A DNA stretch of 64,000 nucleotides from Styela clava (Eukaryota), in assembly GCF_964204865.1 (NCBI RefSeq), contig NC_135256.1:12834001-12898000 (forward strand), written 5' to 3'. Below are positions 33,737 through 46,300 of the stretch, piece after piece (position 1 is the first letter of the stretch; every line of letters begins with the position of its first letter). The position numbers and the translations under genes are program-made. Under the pieces are notes generated by a model. It was given only the letters and a program-made list of their open reading frames with translations, was not told the origin of the DNA and did not search any database.

Positions 33737-36498
33737 ATATGGTGAGAGGTGTAGCCGGTTTAGCAACTGACACATCCACTTCTATAGTGGCGGGTGCCGT
33801 TGGTGGTGTGGCAACTGTGGTCACCGGTATTGCGGAGACGGGAACACTTGCTGGTACTGGTGGAGCTGAGATTTTGGTGACTGGCGTGATGCGCACAGAT
33901 ATTATGTCAGACGGAGTCGTTGTAGAGGAATCTGCATTAGAAGCAGACATCGCGACAGTCAACGTTGATCAAGCCAGCACAGAAAGTGAGAAATATATTG
34001 TTGTTAAGCCGGCGAAAAAACGAATAAAAAAGAGCGTTCAGAATACAATTCACCAGAAAGAAGTCATAACTCCACAAACACAAGTATTAAAGAAAAAAAT
34101 CATCGTTGAAGATAATCTTGCAGAAAGCAAACCTCAAGTAGATTTGGTTAAAAAAGAAATTGTGATTCAGAATTTCATTCCATGCGAACCCAAAGTCCAA
34201 ATATTGGCAGAAAAAGAAATTTTGATTCAAAGGCCTTCAACACAAAAGCCAGCAATAACTATAGAAAGTGTCGCTGTTCAGATTGATGAAAACCCGATTA
34301 CACAAGACGGATATGAATGTGCTGAAGAGATTCTAATCAGGCAGGATGTAGTTTCGATCTCTGATTCTCAATCGGGGTCATTCTCATCAGAAGATAATCA
34401 GAGTTGTGATTCTCAATATGAAGTTTTGATTCAAGATGAGATTCTCTCTCACGCTGTGGATGAAAAACAAATATCAGAACAAAACCCTTTGGCTTTTAAA
34501 GAAGCAACAATTCAGATTGATAAGCAGATTATTTGTGACAGCGAAGACGATGCAGAACATGAAGAAATTTTGGTTTATGAGCAATTTACTTCGAATTCTG
34601 AATGCCAATCAGAAGATTCTTCTATTGGTATCCAGGTTCAGGATAATAATGCCTTTCAGTCAACCACGGAATTAGTTTCGGAAACTCAAGAGCAGACTAT
34701 GCAAGCGGGTGAAATACGGAAAGCAGTACAAGATATTATGATAACGTCGAAGGAAGCCACTAATGCAGCTCAGATCGATGTTCAGGAAATTGATGTTAAT
34801 TTCAACTCCAGCTCAAAGAAGAAAACTGGCATTGCAGGGTCGGCAGTTGGTATTATTGGAAACGTTTTCTCGTCTGCCAAGAATATATCTGTAGGTAAAC
34901 ATGCTGCAAAGATTGTAAATGGCGCCAAGGAAACAGTTGTCGGATTGATTCCTAGTGTTACTCCGCATGACGTGATCATATCAGCTTTTGATAATGAAGC
35001 CATCGTAGAGGTTGACAACAGTAGTAGTGGAACTAATATTGTTGAAGTTGTAAGTAGCACTACAAGGCTGCCTACAAGACTTTTCGAAATCGCAAACATT
35101 GGAGGAATTGTTGAAGGTGGGTCAAATATTGTGAATGCTGCTGTGACCGGGCCTGTTGAAATTACCAGCGGCGTAGTCGACGTAGTTGGAGTTGGGGGTG
35201 TGATCGAAAGTGGAAGGAACGTCGTTGGGAGAATTACAGAAGGTGGATCAAATATTTTACATGCTGCTGTGACCGGACCTGTTGAAATTACAAGCGGAGT
35301 AGTCGACGTAGTTGGAATTGGGGGTGTGATCGAAAGTGGGGGAAACTTGGTTGAATTCGCAACGGACACTGTAGGCGTAACCGATGGCATTAATAGCGTT
35401 GTTGAAATGGCAAGTATTGAAAGAGTCGTCGGCACTGGAGGAGATATTGTGGATGTCGTTGTTGATACCATTAATATTTCGGGTGATGGCATTGAAAGAA
35501 CAGAAATAGTGGAAGAAGTGATTGTTGATAGGGATTCCGAGCCAATTCAAATGCAACAAAATCTTGTAGCTTCTGCTGCACATAGAAAAGTAATAAAGAA
35601 AGCGAAAAAGGCTGGACAATTTCCTCCAGAAGAGCAAAGAGACATTGTGATACAAGAAAATCCGAACACACAAATCGGACAAGTTGTGGATCTCATAAAG
35701 CTACAAGACCAGGTAACAGTTGGTAAACAAATCAGCTCAGATGGTAAAGCAGTAACTGAAACCAAACAAATTTCACGAGACGTGGAACCATTGATTGCAA
35801 AAAATACTGAGGTCGTTAAAATTATACAAAAAGCACCAATGAAAACACAAAACGTTAGCCAGGGTGAAAAGAGAAAGAAAATTGTAAAAGCGGTACAAAA
35901 GCAAGATGCTCTGGTAACAATAAAAGAAAAGGGCAGTAAGGAACCGAACGAAAAAACGACACAGGTGAAAGCGATGCCGGTTCAAAAACAGAGCGTAAAG
36001 CGTAAAGTAGTAAAGAAAATTACCAAGAAAGTCAATCCCACAAAAGTCGTTGAAACAGCTACACAGCAAGAGTCCAAGATTATTCCAAAAGTTGTTATTC
36101 CTCTGGTCGATCAAAAAGTTATACCCGGTTCGAAAATAGTCCAAGGTAAAGTTCTATCAACTAAGGTAGTTACATTTGATGAGGATTTCCAAAGGAAAAT
36201 GGATGATGCTGAAATGGATAGACTGGAACGAATCGCCCAATCACAAGAAGTAGGTCAGACTTCTAAAGAAGTACAGCAACCAGCGGATGGCATCAAGTTG
36301 ACCCAAGAATCTCTCGTGGAAGAACTTGTAAGTCACGACGTTCAAGATGTCGTTTCTCAGATGTGGGATATGCTAGACGACGACTCTAATCAACAAGGAG
36401 AACAAAATATAGCTCAGACACAAACTGCAAAAAAATTGACAAAAGTAGTCAAAGTTGCTAAAAGCTCCATACCACAGCAAGCTGTCCACGTGAAGTAA
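33737..36498 (+). CDS. 2.76-kb coding exon: probable alternative terminal exon of gene B (isoform about 1026 aa), or a separate single-exon gene from ATG 33739
   Basis: 926-codon ORF. Strong acceptor TCTTTTTTCAG (33734-33736) with TTAAC upstream, in phase 1 like the gene B donors. Shares the KKVVKK-type basic motif (KRKVVKKITKK, RKVIKKAKK) with both other tails. V/G/E/Q/K-rich, with no recognisable folded domain. Confidence 0.8.
35113..35358 (+). repeat. 126-bp (42-aa) coding tandem duplication
   Basis: EGGSNI..AAVTGPVEITSGVVDVVG.GGVIESG.N starts at 35113 and again at 35239. Confidence 0.9.
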
Positions 36499-39400
36499 CT
36501 TCCTAACGTGTATCATATTCATAATGCTCCATGGTCAATACCAAATTATCTCATTTCACACAAATACATTATTAAAATATTTTATTTTAAAAGCATAATT
36601 TCAATGTTATTTCTACTTTAAATATTTGAACTGTTTGTCATGTTGTTAGAGAACGAACATATCGTTAAAATATTATTTAAACATCTACATTACTGATATT
36701 ATATTTCTACTTTTACATTTGACCAATAGTAGCTTTGATATTAGAAACCCGTGTTTCATAGCAAATACTCCAGCGAAATACTTTATAGTCTTCAAATAGC
36801 TTCATATTTACCTGTATCAGGCTTTTCTTTATAATTGCGATCTTCGAGCTTCCACAGGTGATTCACGTAACACTGTTGTACTAAAATGTCTACCAAGAAC
36901 GATGAATTAACACCAAAACGAAATGGTTCGCTGTATATTCTCATTTATCTTCTTGCAGAAATGGCAGTTCTTACCCATACCATTGCGTCTAAATATATAA
37001 CTTTAACCAAGTTTCAATACACAAGTATCTGTTTGGATAAAATTCCATCACGAATAAGTTAATTCACTTTTGAATAACAAAATTCTTAAATATTTAAAAA
37101 TTATTATACTTTTTGCATAACTAGGTTTTTTAATTAGCAATCGAGAATTAACTATAATGTAGATTTGAAAACTTCACGATATATCGTAGTGGTCATAAAA
37201 TATTCAATCATTCATGAAGTATCGGATGTGTTAAAATGTAAAATTCACGTTTTGTGTTTCTCCAAGCTCTCCACTGTTTAAAATTGTATATAGTCCTAAA
37301 TTTTAACATAATTCGCTATTTAATATATGTAACCGCTATTCGTTACAACTTATATCATTTCACACACAGTGTACTTGTTTTACTGTTATATGATAATTAT
37401 ATTCCTAATATCAATATCGGTTATAAATGTGTATACCCACTTGGTCGTATTAAAAGGTTATACGTTGTGATTTTTAGAGACTGGTTCAAGTTTCTTAAAT
37501 AAGGCATTGGGCTATCAGGCTCCTCTTATAGTTATAAAAAGGTTAATAACACCTTTCAGTGGATAGCCTACCGTCTGGAATTACTGGCGGCTGGACATGA
37601 AGTGAATATCTGAAATAATTTGCGTCCCTGCTTTTGCAACTCTGTTTTACGAGCAAAAGATATATATTTGATATTGTGCCTAGTGTAATCAGCCACTTTT
37701 TCTAACACACGGCAAAAAATTGTCAAGGGACTAATAATAAATATCCGACTATGTTTTATTCCCAACTAAATCAAAAGCGCAGGCAGACGCTCCAAGTCAA
37801 ATGTTAGGGACAACAACGTGATTTAGGGTCCAGGCACTGCCCTAATACATATATATTTCATCCCATCCATCGACAGATTAAATATAATGGGTGAGCTATG
37901 CAGAACCGTATAAATTCCAGTTTTCCTCAACCCAGCAGCTCCTAATTCCTATGCGTAGATTGACTTCTGCTTGCTGTTTGGGGAAAAAAAATCTATTAGC
38001 ATGTTCGCCCCAGGTACTTCACAACTTTTTCTGGTCATGTGATTTAAATTTGTTATGTGAATGAATGCTTACAATTTGAAAACGCTGGGTCGAAACATAC
38101 ATTTGGATGTAATCGATCCTTTTCTGTATTGATAACCATTTTATATTATTTTTATGTTTCTGTATTTCCCATGCTTCAATCTCAGATGTTGATCATCAAG
38201 TTTGTGATTTGTAGATTATCGGACTGTAAATTTACTGTTACTATTGCTTAATTATCGAAATGTGCCCATTTTTGTAAATAAAATATAATATATAACACAG
38301 TTTCAATGAAGAAATGTTAGGAATCCATCTAATACGATATTTTGGAGAAAGAAGACGTGTAGGAACGCCGCGGTCATCATATTTTTATATAAAACCTTTG
38401 ACAATTTGAGTTTTTAAACGAAAATTATTCGGCATCAAATGCGTTTGATGTTTAGTCTATTTTATCAATAAATAATATATGTAGCATCTAAAGTTTGTTT
38501 GAGAGATTTGTTTCAGGCCTGGGTAACTTACCTAAAACGCAATAACGAAGTCCTTTCAAACGGGAAGGAAAGCCCTATTGCCCTCACACAATACTTTTCA
38601 GAAAGAGCCGGTTCTTTTTCAAAAACAAACATAGCATGTAAACTATAGTGTATTTTAGAACTCACAATCTCAAAAGATTTGACTAAGCAGAAATGTATTA
38701 GTAAAATCTTCATAACACCTTTGCATTGCACTCCATGTGTTTGACACAAACTCTATCAGTCAATATTTTTCTGCTGTGCTGTTTGTGAAACTTTTGTAAT
38801 ATGCTGAATTGAAAATATTCCGAGCAAAAGCGTTCAAAAAAGGGCCCAGAAATCACATAGTAATCCCAGTCTCATCTGTTAATAGGCTATTCAATTCGCC
38901 TTAAAATTATGCTCTGAAGTATGTGAATAGGACTGTTTAACCTGTCTTCATAGATGGCAACCTATTTGACATAATTATGTTTTTTTTTTAATGCGAGTTA
39001 TCTTCAGTCGTTTGTCAGACAGAATGTGATTATCCCAAAATTAGATTTGGCGTAGCCAATGTCGTGGTCGAGCATATTTTTATCTATGAGTCGGGTGTCA
39101 AAAAGCCTGGCGTAAAGTGTAGAAAGCGTGGCTTGACCGCTGTATATTTCTCATATGTTTCATCTGAAATGAATGGTCGTCTATAGACCTATAGCTATAG
39201 CATTGTTCACGATCATATCATTAGTCCAGATCTCAGTAGATTTTGCACAATGTTTTAACGCATGAATATGTGAAGGGCATAGGACAGTTGTATTTTTCGT
39301 CTCCTCGCGATGATTCCTATGAAGGGACGCATCCTGCTACACGTAAAGGAACTGCTGAATCGAGACAATGAAACCGAATCCTAATGTATATGTGATCTTT

Positions 39401-42400
39401 GCCCGTAATCTTTCTGAATTTATCAAAATCAATCCGTTTTAGCATCACTAACCGTTTTGTGTCAAACAATAAATTTGGAGATTATTCAGCTATCGGATAA
39501 ATCAAACCTATTTTAAATGGTACACTCCCGAAACTAATGTCAGAACATGTCATTTTAATCTAATAAGAACAAAAATTAAAAAAATATCCTAGATGGATTC
39601 ATTCGTAAGGTATTGTACTACACCTTCTAAATCCAAGATAAGTAAACTAATCAAATTTTCGTTACAGTCGGTTTTAATATCAGGTCACACTTATGGATAT
39701 TAAGCGGAAGTTCATCGAACGACTGCAACAGACGAAGTCATCCGCCAGCATTATACTGTATACCAGGAGTGTCCAACCTGCTTTCGACTGATTTTTGTCA
39801 TACACAAAAACGATTTAGTATACTGAATATGCAGATAACTGTATACACGCATACAAAAAATTACATTTGGCTCTGTGAGCGCAATCGCCACCAAAATTTA
39901 TATATTTTATGTTTCATTCAATTTGATTATGTAATTGTACCAGGGTCAAATTCTCATCATTTATTAGTTGTAAATTTCTCAAAAAATCTTGCGAAGTATC
40001 CATATTATCTAAACAGCGAAAAATAAATATTCTCAAATCATAAATGTTACATGACTGCTCAAAGTTTAATATCTAATTTATAATTTCCTTCAAACCCGAT
40101 TCTTCGCTCGCTTGGAATTAGAAAAATTGGTCATGTTGGGTGCCAATGTCTTCCTGGGAATACAATTTATCACACTACTCTTGGGGTTAGGAATAACTTT
40201 AGCATACTGCAAAGTTTTTGTTGGTTCGTTTCCCAGTCAAGACACACGATATGCGGCACGTTCATATTAGAATCTTGACAATGACGTTTGTTACGTAATA
40301 ATATTCGCTATCGGGCTTGCCCAGACTCAAATATTGTGTAAATCGTATTTTGCGCATGTACAGTACTGTATTCGTTCTGTTTCAAAACACACAACAGGCG
40401 CTGCATGAAACTGGAACTCGAGACGTGGCGATCGACGTGTCGGCTGTAAAAAGTATCCACGCTCGGACTGATATGAATGATACTGTTTTTTATAAACCTT
40501 TGAGTAATCCTGTAACATTTCTCTTCAGCCCCGAATACTTTATATCTGAGTATTGTTCGGAAACATAAAGAATCCATTTACCAAATCAACAAAAACAATA
40601 ACAGTGTAACCAATGAAGTATGGGAAAGATCAAAAACAAAGGTTCACTTAGTCTGGGAATGAAAGCTCTTTAGAATTATAAATAATTGTTTCGGGAGCGT
40701 TCGATTGTTATCATTTTGATGTGGTAATGGGCAATTTGGTGTTTGCGTTACCGAAATACGATACATATTAACAAATTCATTGTAAAAAGTTCAGAATAAT
40801 GTATTGATTTCAAATCAATACTTTTCTGCTCACCAAAAATAAGAACGGACAAAAGATGTTGCCTAAATAATCAACTTAATCATTTGCTCTCTTCACTACT
40901 TAATGTGTAATTGTCGTGTCTGGGTTTGTGTAGTTTTTAAAAAACCCAACAGCCTAATTTGAATGCGGGCTTCAGCCAAATTAAACAAAACGGCCTAAGG
41001 ATTCGTAGAAGGCTATATTAAGTTTACTATTTACGTTCACTATTGGTAATTTTAATTAATAGTTACCAAATAGTTGAAACAACTTAAAATATCATCAAAA
41101 AGGCGGAATTTAGATATAAAATAAATTAGTATATTTCAACGTTAAATAAGAGCTATGACGGCTAATCAGACCAGGTTGATCGTTTTGTTATTTTGCTGTT
41201 GTTAATGGTCATGTTAGTATTTTTATTGTGAAAAAACAGCTTTTCTCATTAACTATTGAACCAATTGCTTTAAAATTTTACAGTGGTTAAGAATTGCATA
41301 TATTTGAGCATTGCTCTCTTGTTTTATACACGAAAGTTAATCCTTATACGAAAAAGCCATTTCGGTGTGAAATTTAGATATATATAACATTACTGTTTTC
41401 ATAGAAAGGATCAATAAACTTTTAGGCAAATGATCGAAAGGGTCCATCTTACTGAAAAGGCCGAGAACAAACTGCTGGGTTAGACAGAGCAACACTTGGC
41501 CCGCGAGCACGAAAACGCCAATAGCTTGTTGAGTGGCAGTATCTATCGACTTGATAAATTGTTTTAGTTACAAGTCACCAAGTTTGAGATTTTCTACACC
41601 AGGATACTAGAAATGTACTTTAATGCAAAAACCTGCTACCGTTTGGATCTAGAGGCCATTCAGTGAAACATATCGCTATGGCTAGCTACTTCATTTCATA
41701 TGATTGCGATGATTTTGTGGTGTCACACATCACAATCGCGGTGGACTGAATGTCAGCTTTAATTAAGCGCCGACAAACCGCATAACCTAGCCCTAGATAG
41801 ACCCCTAGATAATTAACTGAGCCAAAAGGTTATTATTTGATTGGTAAATGTGCATTTCGCTTTATTCGTATCACCCCCAATGGTGATTGGTGGGCACTCG
41901 GCGTTCTTTCACATGCTCTCAATAACATTGCAAGCAAAGAAACAAACCACCAATACCTATTGCGTTATGAAATTTAGTACCCACCATACTATATGTTAAA
42001 AACAACACTTTGAAATAGTATTTTAGAGCCACCCTCACGTAACAATTTAGATATATATAAAAAAAATCGCTTCAGCGGCTTGATGTTGTTTGTATTTGTC
42101 CGAGACCACGAATTCCGCACTATATTTTTATTGGTAGGTTAGTTATGTGCTGCCCTTGTGCTCTCAACAAATAGAGCCTGATCGACCGTCTTATCCATAT
42201 CACTAATCTCTTATCGCTTGTTTGAATTCCTCGCGAGAACTTTGATGCTTCGCTAATACTTCGCGCGACGGAACCGTCAACATCAACCAGTAAAGTTCTA
42301 CGGTCGCTTTGCCGGGTGTGGATTGCGCTTTGGATATCATTATGACATAACAATTAATTATTGAGATTGTATTAGTTTAGAGGCGAAGTCGCTACAGCGG

Positions 42401-43180
42401 ACAAAAATAGCTGGTTCATTAGAACATTTATCTTGCCCGACAACAGGATTTCGTTAAAGTGAAATAATAAATTGAGATGATATAATTGTTGGGCTAAATT
42501 AAAATTCGGATTGAATCTATCTTCAAAACGCAGAAACTCAATACTTTTCGTGTTTCACTAATTGAATTTGGTCTAATTGCTGAGAAACTCGGAATATTGA
42601 GAAAATCGATACACCTAATCGCGTTAACGGTGCCTCGCGAACGATCTGCTGTGATAGCGGCGTTGCGACGTTTTTAAAAGTCAGCATGTCGTAGACGTTT
42701 TCATTACATCGCAAGGGGTTCAGCCTTTCGGAGCAATAATAGTTAGTTCAGAGTACTATTTAGCAGAGTTGTGAAAGTGGATAAATACTTTGATTTCGTC
42801 ATGCCAAAAGTAGAGCAGTACAATTGTACTAATAAGATAATTCACTAACTACTTCAAGGCAATTTCTCCTTTGTGTTTAAATAAACTATTCTCATCTACT
42901 TTGCTCAATTCGGGTTTTCAGACCAGTTCTTACCGTATATTGATTTTTATGAAGGGCCTTGTGAAAATGCAAGGCCATATTGCGTTTTCATCCGAAACAT
43001 TGAAATACTCATGTGCGAAATTTTGGCTTCATTTCAGATTTTTACTAATAAACGTAATACGTCTGATAAATTTTTGTATTGGTGGAGATAAAAAGACATT
43101 GCGAAAAACATTTCAAGAAGTTAAATTTGTTTCGGACAAGTCATTTACACTTGGATTTATTATCTGCAACAAACTGTGCG

Positions 43181-43343
43181 ATGGCGTTTACATGGGAGAC
43201 GGTGGTACAAATCATCATCCTTGTATTAGCACTCCGGGCTCTACATATGGTTTCGGCGAACAATTCGTGCTCTGAAGTCCGCAGAAACTTTGTTTCAAAG
43301 CGGATAGGTCCGGTGAAAATTGTCCCATTCACCGCTTTTGAAG
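43181..43343 (+). CDS. GPC5: Glypican-3/5 family, coding exon 1 (signal peptide plus first Cys)
   Basis: Reads MAFTWETVVQIIILVLALRALHMVSANNSCSEVRRNFVSKRIGPVKIVPFTAFE: a hydrophobic signal peptide followed by the glypican xCxEVRxxF...GxxxxVP motif. Phase-1 donor G|GTGGGT. Likely co-orthologous to vertebrate GPC3 and GPC5. Confidence 0.88.
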
Positions 43344-46300
43344 GTGGGTAGACGATTTTAGTTTCATTTTCTGGCAAAATAATTGAACTTTCACAAGTTG
43401 TTAATTGGTATTTTGTATTTATTATTAATAATATCAAGTACCAAGAAAATTTTCATCTCTCTGTTGCAACTTCATATAGTACTCTAAACGCGTACAAAAT
43501 CAGCTATACAATGGATCGACGGATTTCCCAAATCGGTTCGAAATAGAAGGAGTAATTGTTAAAACATAAATTTATATTATATATATGCGACTGATATCTT
43601 GGCATGAGCGTGCATCAGAATTTTTGTTTATCATATGTGTTTCTGGTATTTAATTAATATAGGTTACTTCACGTTATAAAATATACAATAGGCAAAGACG
43701 ATGAACAATAGCGGATATATATGCTACGTGTATCAGATCCACTAAGATTCAAACGTAACTACTCAAAGGTGAAACAATTTGATAAATCCAACAATATTAC
43801 TCTTTTATTCTATACGTAGGGGGAAACATGACAAATGCTCACTACTCTGAAATTGTGATCGAAATTATTATTCCTTACGCGTTAGACACGCAGACCCTAC
43901 GTAGGTTTCGTGACTAAACTATACGTGAATTGTTATTTCTATATTATAAAAATAAATCTGCGATAACGAGCGCGTATATAAAGTGTAATAAAATATATTT
44001 GTGGATTAGCTTTGCTGTAAAAGAAATGTAATTTACTGTATTTTTACTTTGTCAGTATGGCTTGAAAAAAAAATGTTGATAATATTGTGTAGGCAGAATT
44101 GCTATATTTTCCTTACTTTGTGGCGAGAGGTATTCAGTATTGTATTACTTTTTATTGTGTTGCAAAGCAATGAAAAACCGCTCCAACACGATAAGATCTC
44201 AGATATTCACACCCTGAAAATAGCTTGATCGTTTTTCATATAACGTCGTTAATTTTAGGGTGGAATGTCTGAAGGTGGCAATTATTGGGCAGTCGAAATA
44301 AACACTTCTTAAGAAAATTGCGCGGTCGAGTTTTTTGCACAAATGTGCGAAATGTACACACATCTTTATAATATTATTAAAACCATTGCCTCCAGCAAGA
44401 TATAAAATGCAGAGTTATTCTAGCAATTACCTAAAATGCGTCACGACCAACGCAGATATAAAATGATTCAAATTTCACAGTCAAACGGGTATAATTTGCC
44501 TGATGAAACGAAATGTCATAAAGTTGTTGGGTAGTTTCAGTTGGTCCCATTGAACAGTGGCATGAAAAAACAATTGAAGCAAGTGATACTAAATTTTAAT
44601 CATCATAATCTTATAATTTCATATATAAGAAAATTGAAGCGGCATTGCAAAATATAGCAAAATCGTTGTCCATGCGGGATATGTTTTCGCATTTGTTCCC
44701 CTTTCCTACGTGTCGTATATTACATACAGAAGTCTGAGAGGAAGCTTAAGATAAGATCCTTATCAATATTTTACTTTCATCTTTGGTGACGAGTTACTAA
44801 CGCAACCGCAATTGTAATTTCATTATAACTGACCAAAATCATCTTTTAATATTTTTCGCGTTTTGTTGCCAGAGGCGTTCCGTTGTCGTGATACATTGGA
44901 TTTCATAGCATAAATGTTTTGATCAGTTACCATGTTCTGTAATTTACTATGTGACCTACCTGCTTGGGACATTTGGAAGGGTTCGTGGTAACTTATTTTT
45001 AATTTTATTCTAATTAGTTCGTGTTTTTGAAAATGGATTCGATTCGATACCAAATATAATATATATAGATGTTTAATGCGCTTGAAAGTTTCATGATCAC
45101 CCAGTTTAGTCTTCTGTTATAAAGACATCCCTCTCAACTATGTTCGAAACTGGTTTTGTGTTTATTGTGCCTGTGTATGTACTTACAATCATATATATGC
45201 ATAAAAACTGTCAAATGTTCGTTCCATTTCTATCTTTTAAGCGCCCAGTGTCATAAGCTAACACATCCAAGACGGTGGCAGATCATTTCAGGCCGGATTA
45301 TTATAAGTCTTTTGATTTTTTCAAAGACTTGTTTATATGTAATCCCCTCAAAGAAAAGTTGCACACTAGAAAATCCTGTAGAATCAAAATTATAATACAA
45401 TTATAAATGATTTCGTTTTCAATCGCAGAGGACGCATGATTTACAAGAACTTGGGTCATAACGGAAAATGTTTAAATATGTTTACATTCGGAACCAATAA
45501 AAAAACGTATGGTCGACTATCCGTGGATATGTTTTGTTATACCATTAATAAGTTCAAAACATGCCCCAATCATTACGCCTAGTTTTTATTTCATTTTTAT
45601 TATTAATTATACTTATTTTTGACTTGATGCTTTATCATACTTCATCAGGGACATTTTTTCATCATCATATAGTTTCGTAATAGCACGAGATCGATATACG
45701 CAAGGCGGCTTCATTACTTGTGTCTTGCAGTCGCATTCCGAATTGCAGATATAGAATAATCCAAGTAGCTAGGAAATATATAGCACCTTGAGCGGGATAA
45801 ATTTATCGAACACATCCTGGGACAACTATTAATCGCTTCGTTTTGCATCATAATTCGTGTATGTATGCAATTATTAATAGAGAAAAATACTTTCTGTCTT
45901 CTACTCGTCCGATCTTTAATGGTGCTTAACACGGCCAAATGAAATAATGATTTACAATATTTTCCCTATAAGTAGAGCGTACCTTGAACTAATCTCGTTT
46001 ACCATCTTCTGTCCTATTTTGGGGACGAGTGTTTTGCTTTAAAAAAGCACTGAGCGCACATTGATTTCGCGCCTAAATAAGATCTGTTGATAATGTTTGT
46101 GTCGCAAGTATGGCCATGCTTCATATGAGGCTGAGAAAATTCGAATGCTTGATAAGAATCTCTTCTGATTTGAATCCCGTATTGTCATACTTTGGCGAGT
46201 ATTCATCTTGATATCAAGGTCCTTAAGAAATCTTCACAATTTGGATATTTATGTTCAATAATCACCGACGACGAGAGGTAGCGATGACCACCATAGCCGT

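Noticed and set aside
9336-36144. Many 60-236 aa minus-strand and off-frame ORFs overlapping the large ORFs (for example 25621-26070 and 34782-35492)
   Set aside because: They are shadows of the biased codon usage of the sense ORFs. They repeat with the array and show no independent domain or splice evidence.
36499-43000. Search for C2-domain exons completing a Slp gene
   Set aside because: No ORF or exon with C2-like sequence was recognised. Very small exons could have been missed by eye.
42871-43275. 134-aa ORF overlapping glypican exon 1
   Set aside because: It is in a different frame from the recognisable glypican signal-peptide exon and has no homology signal.
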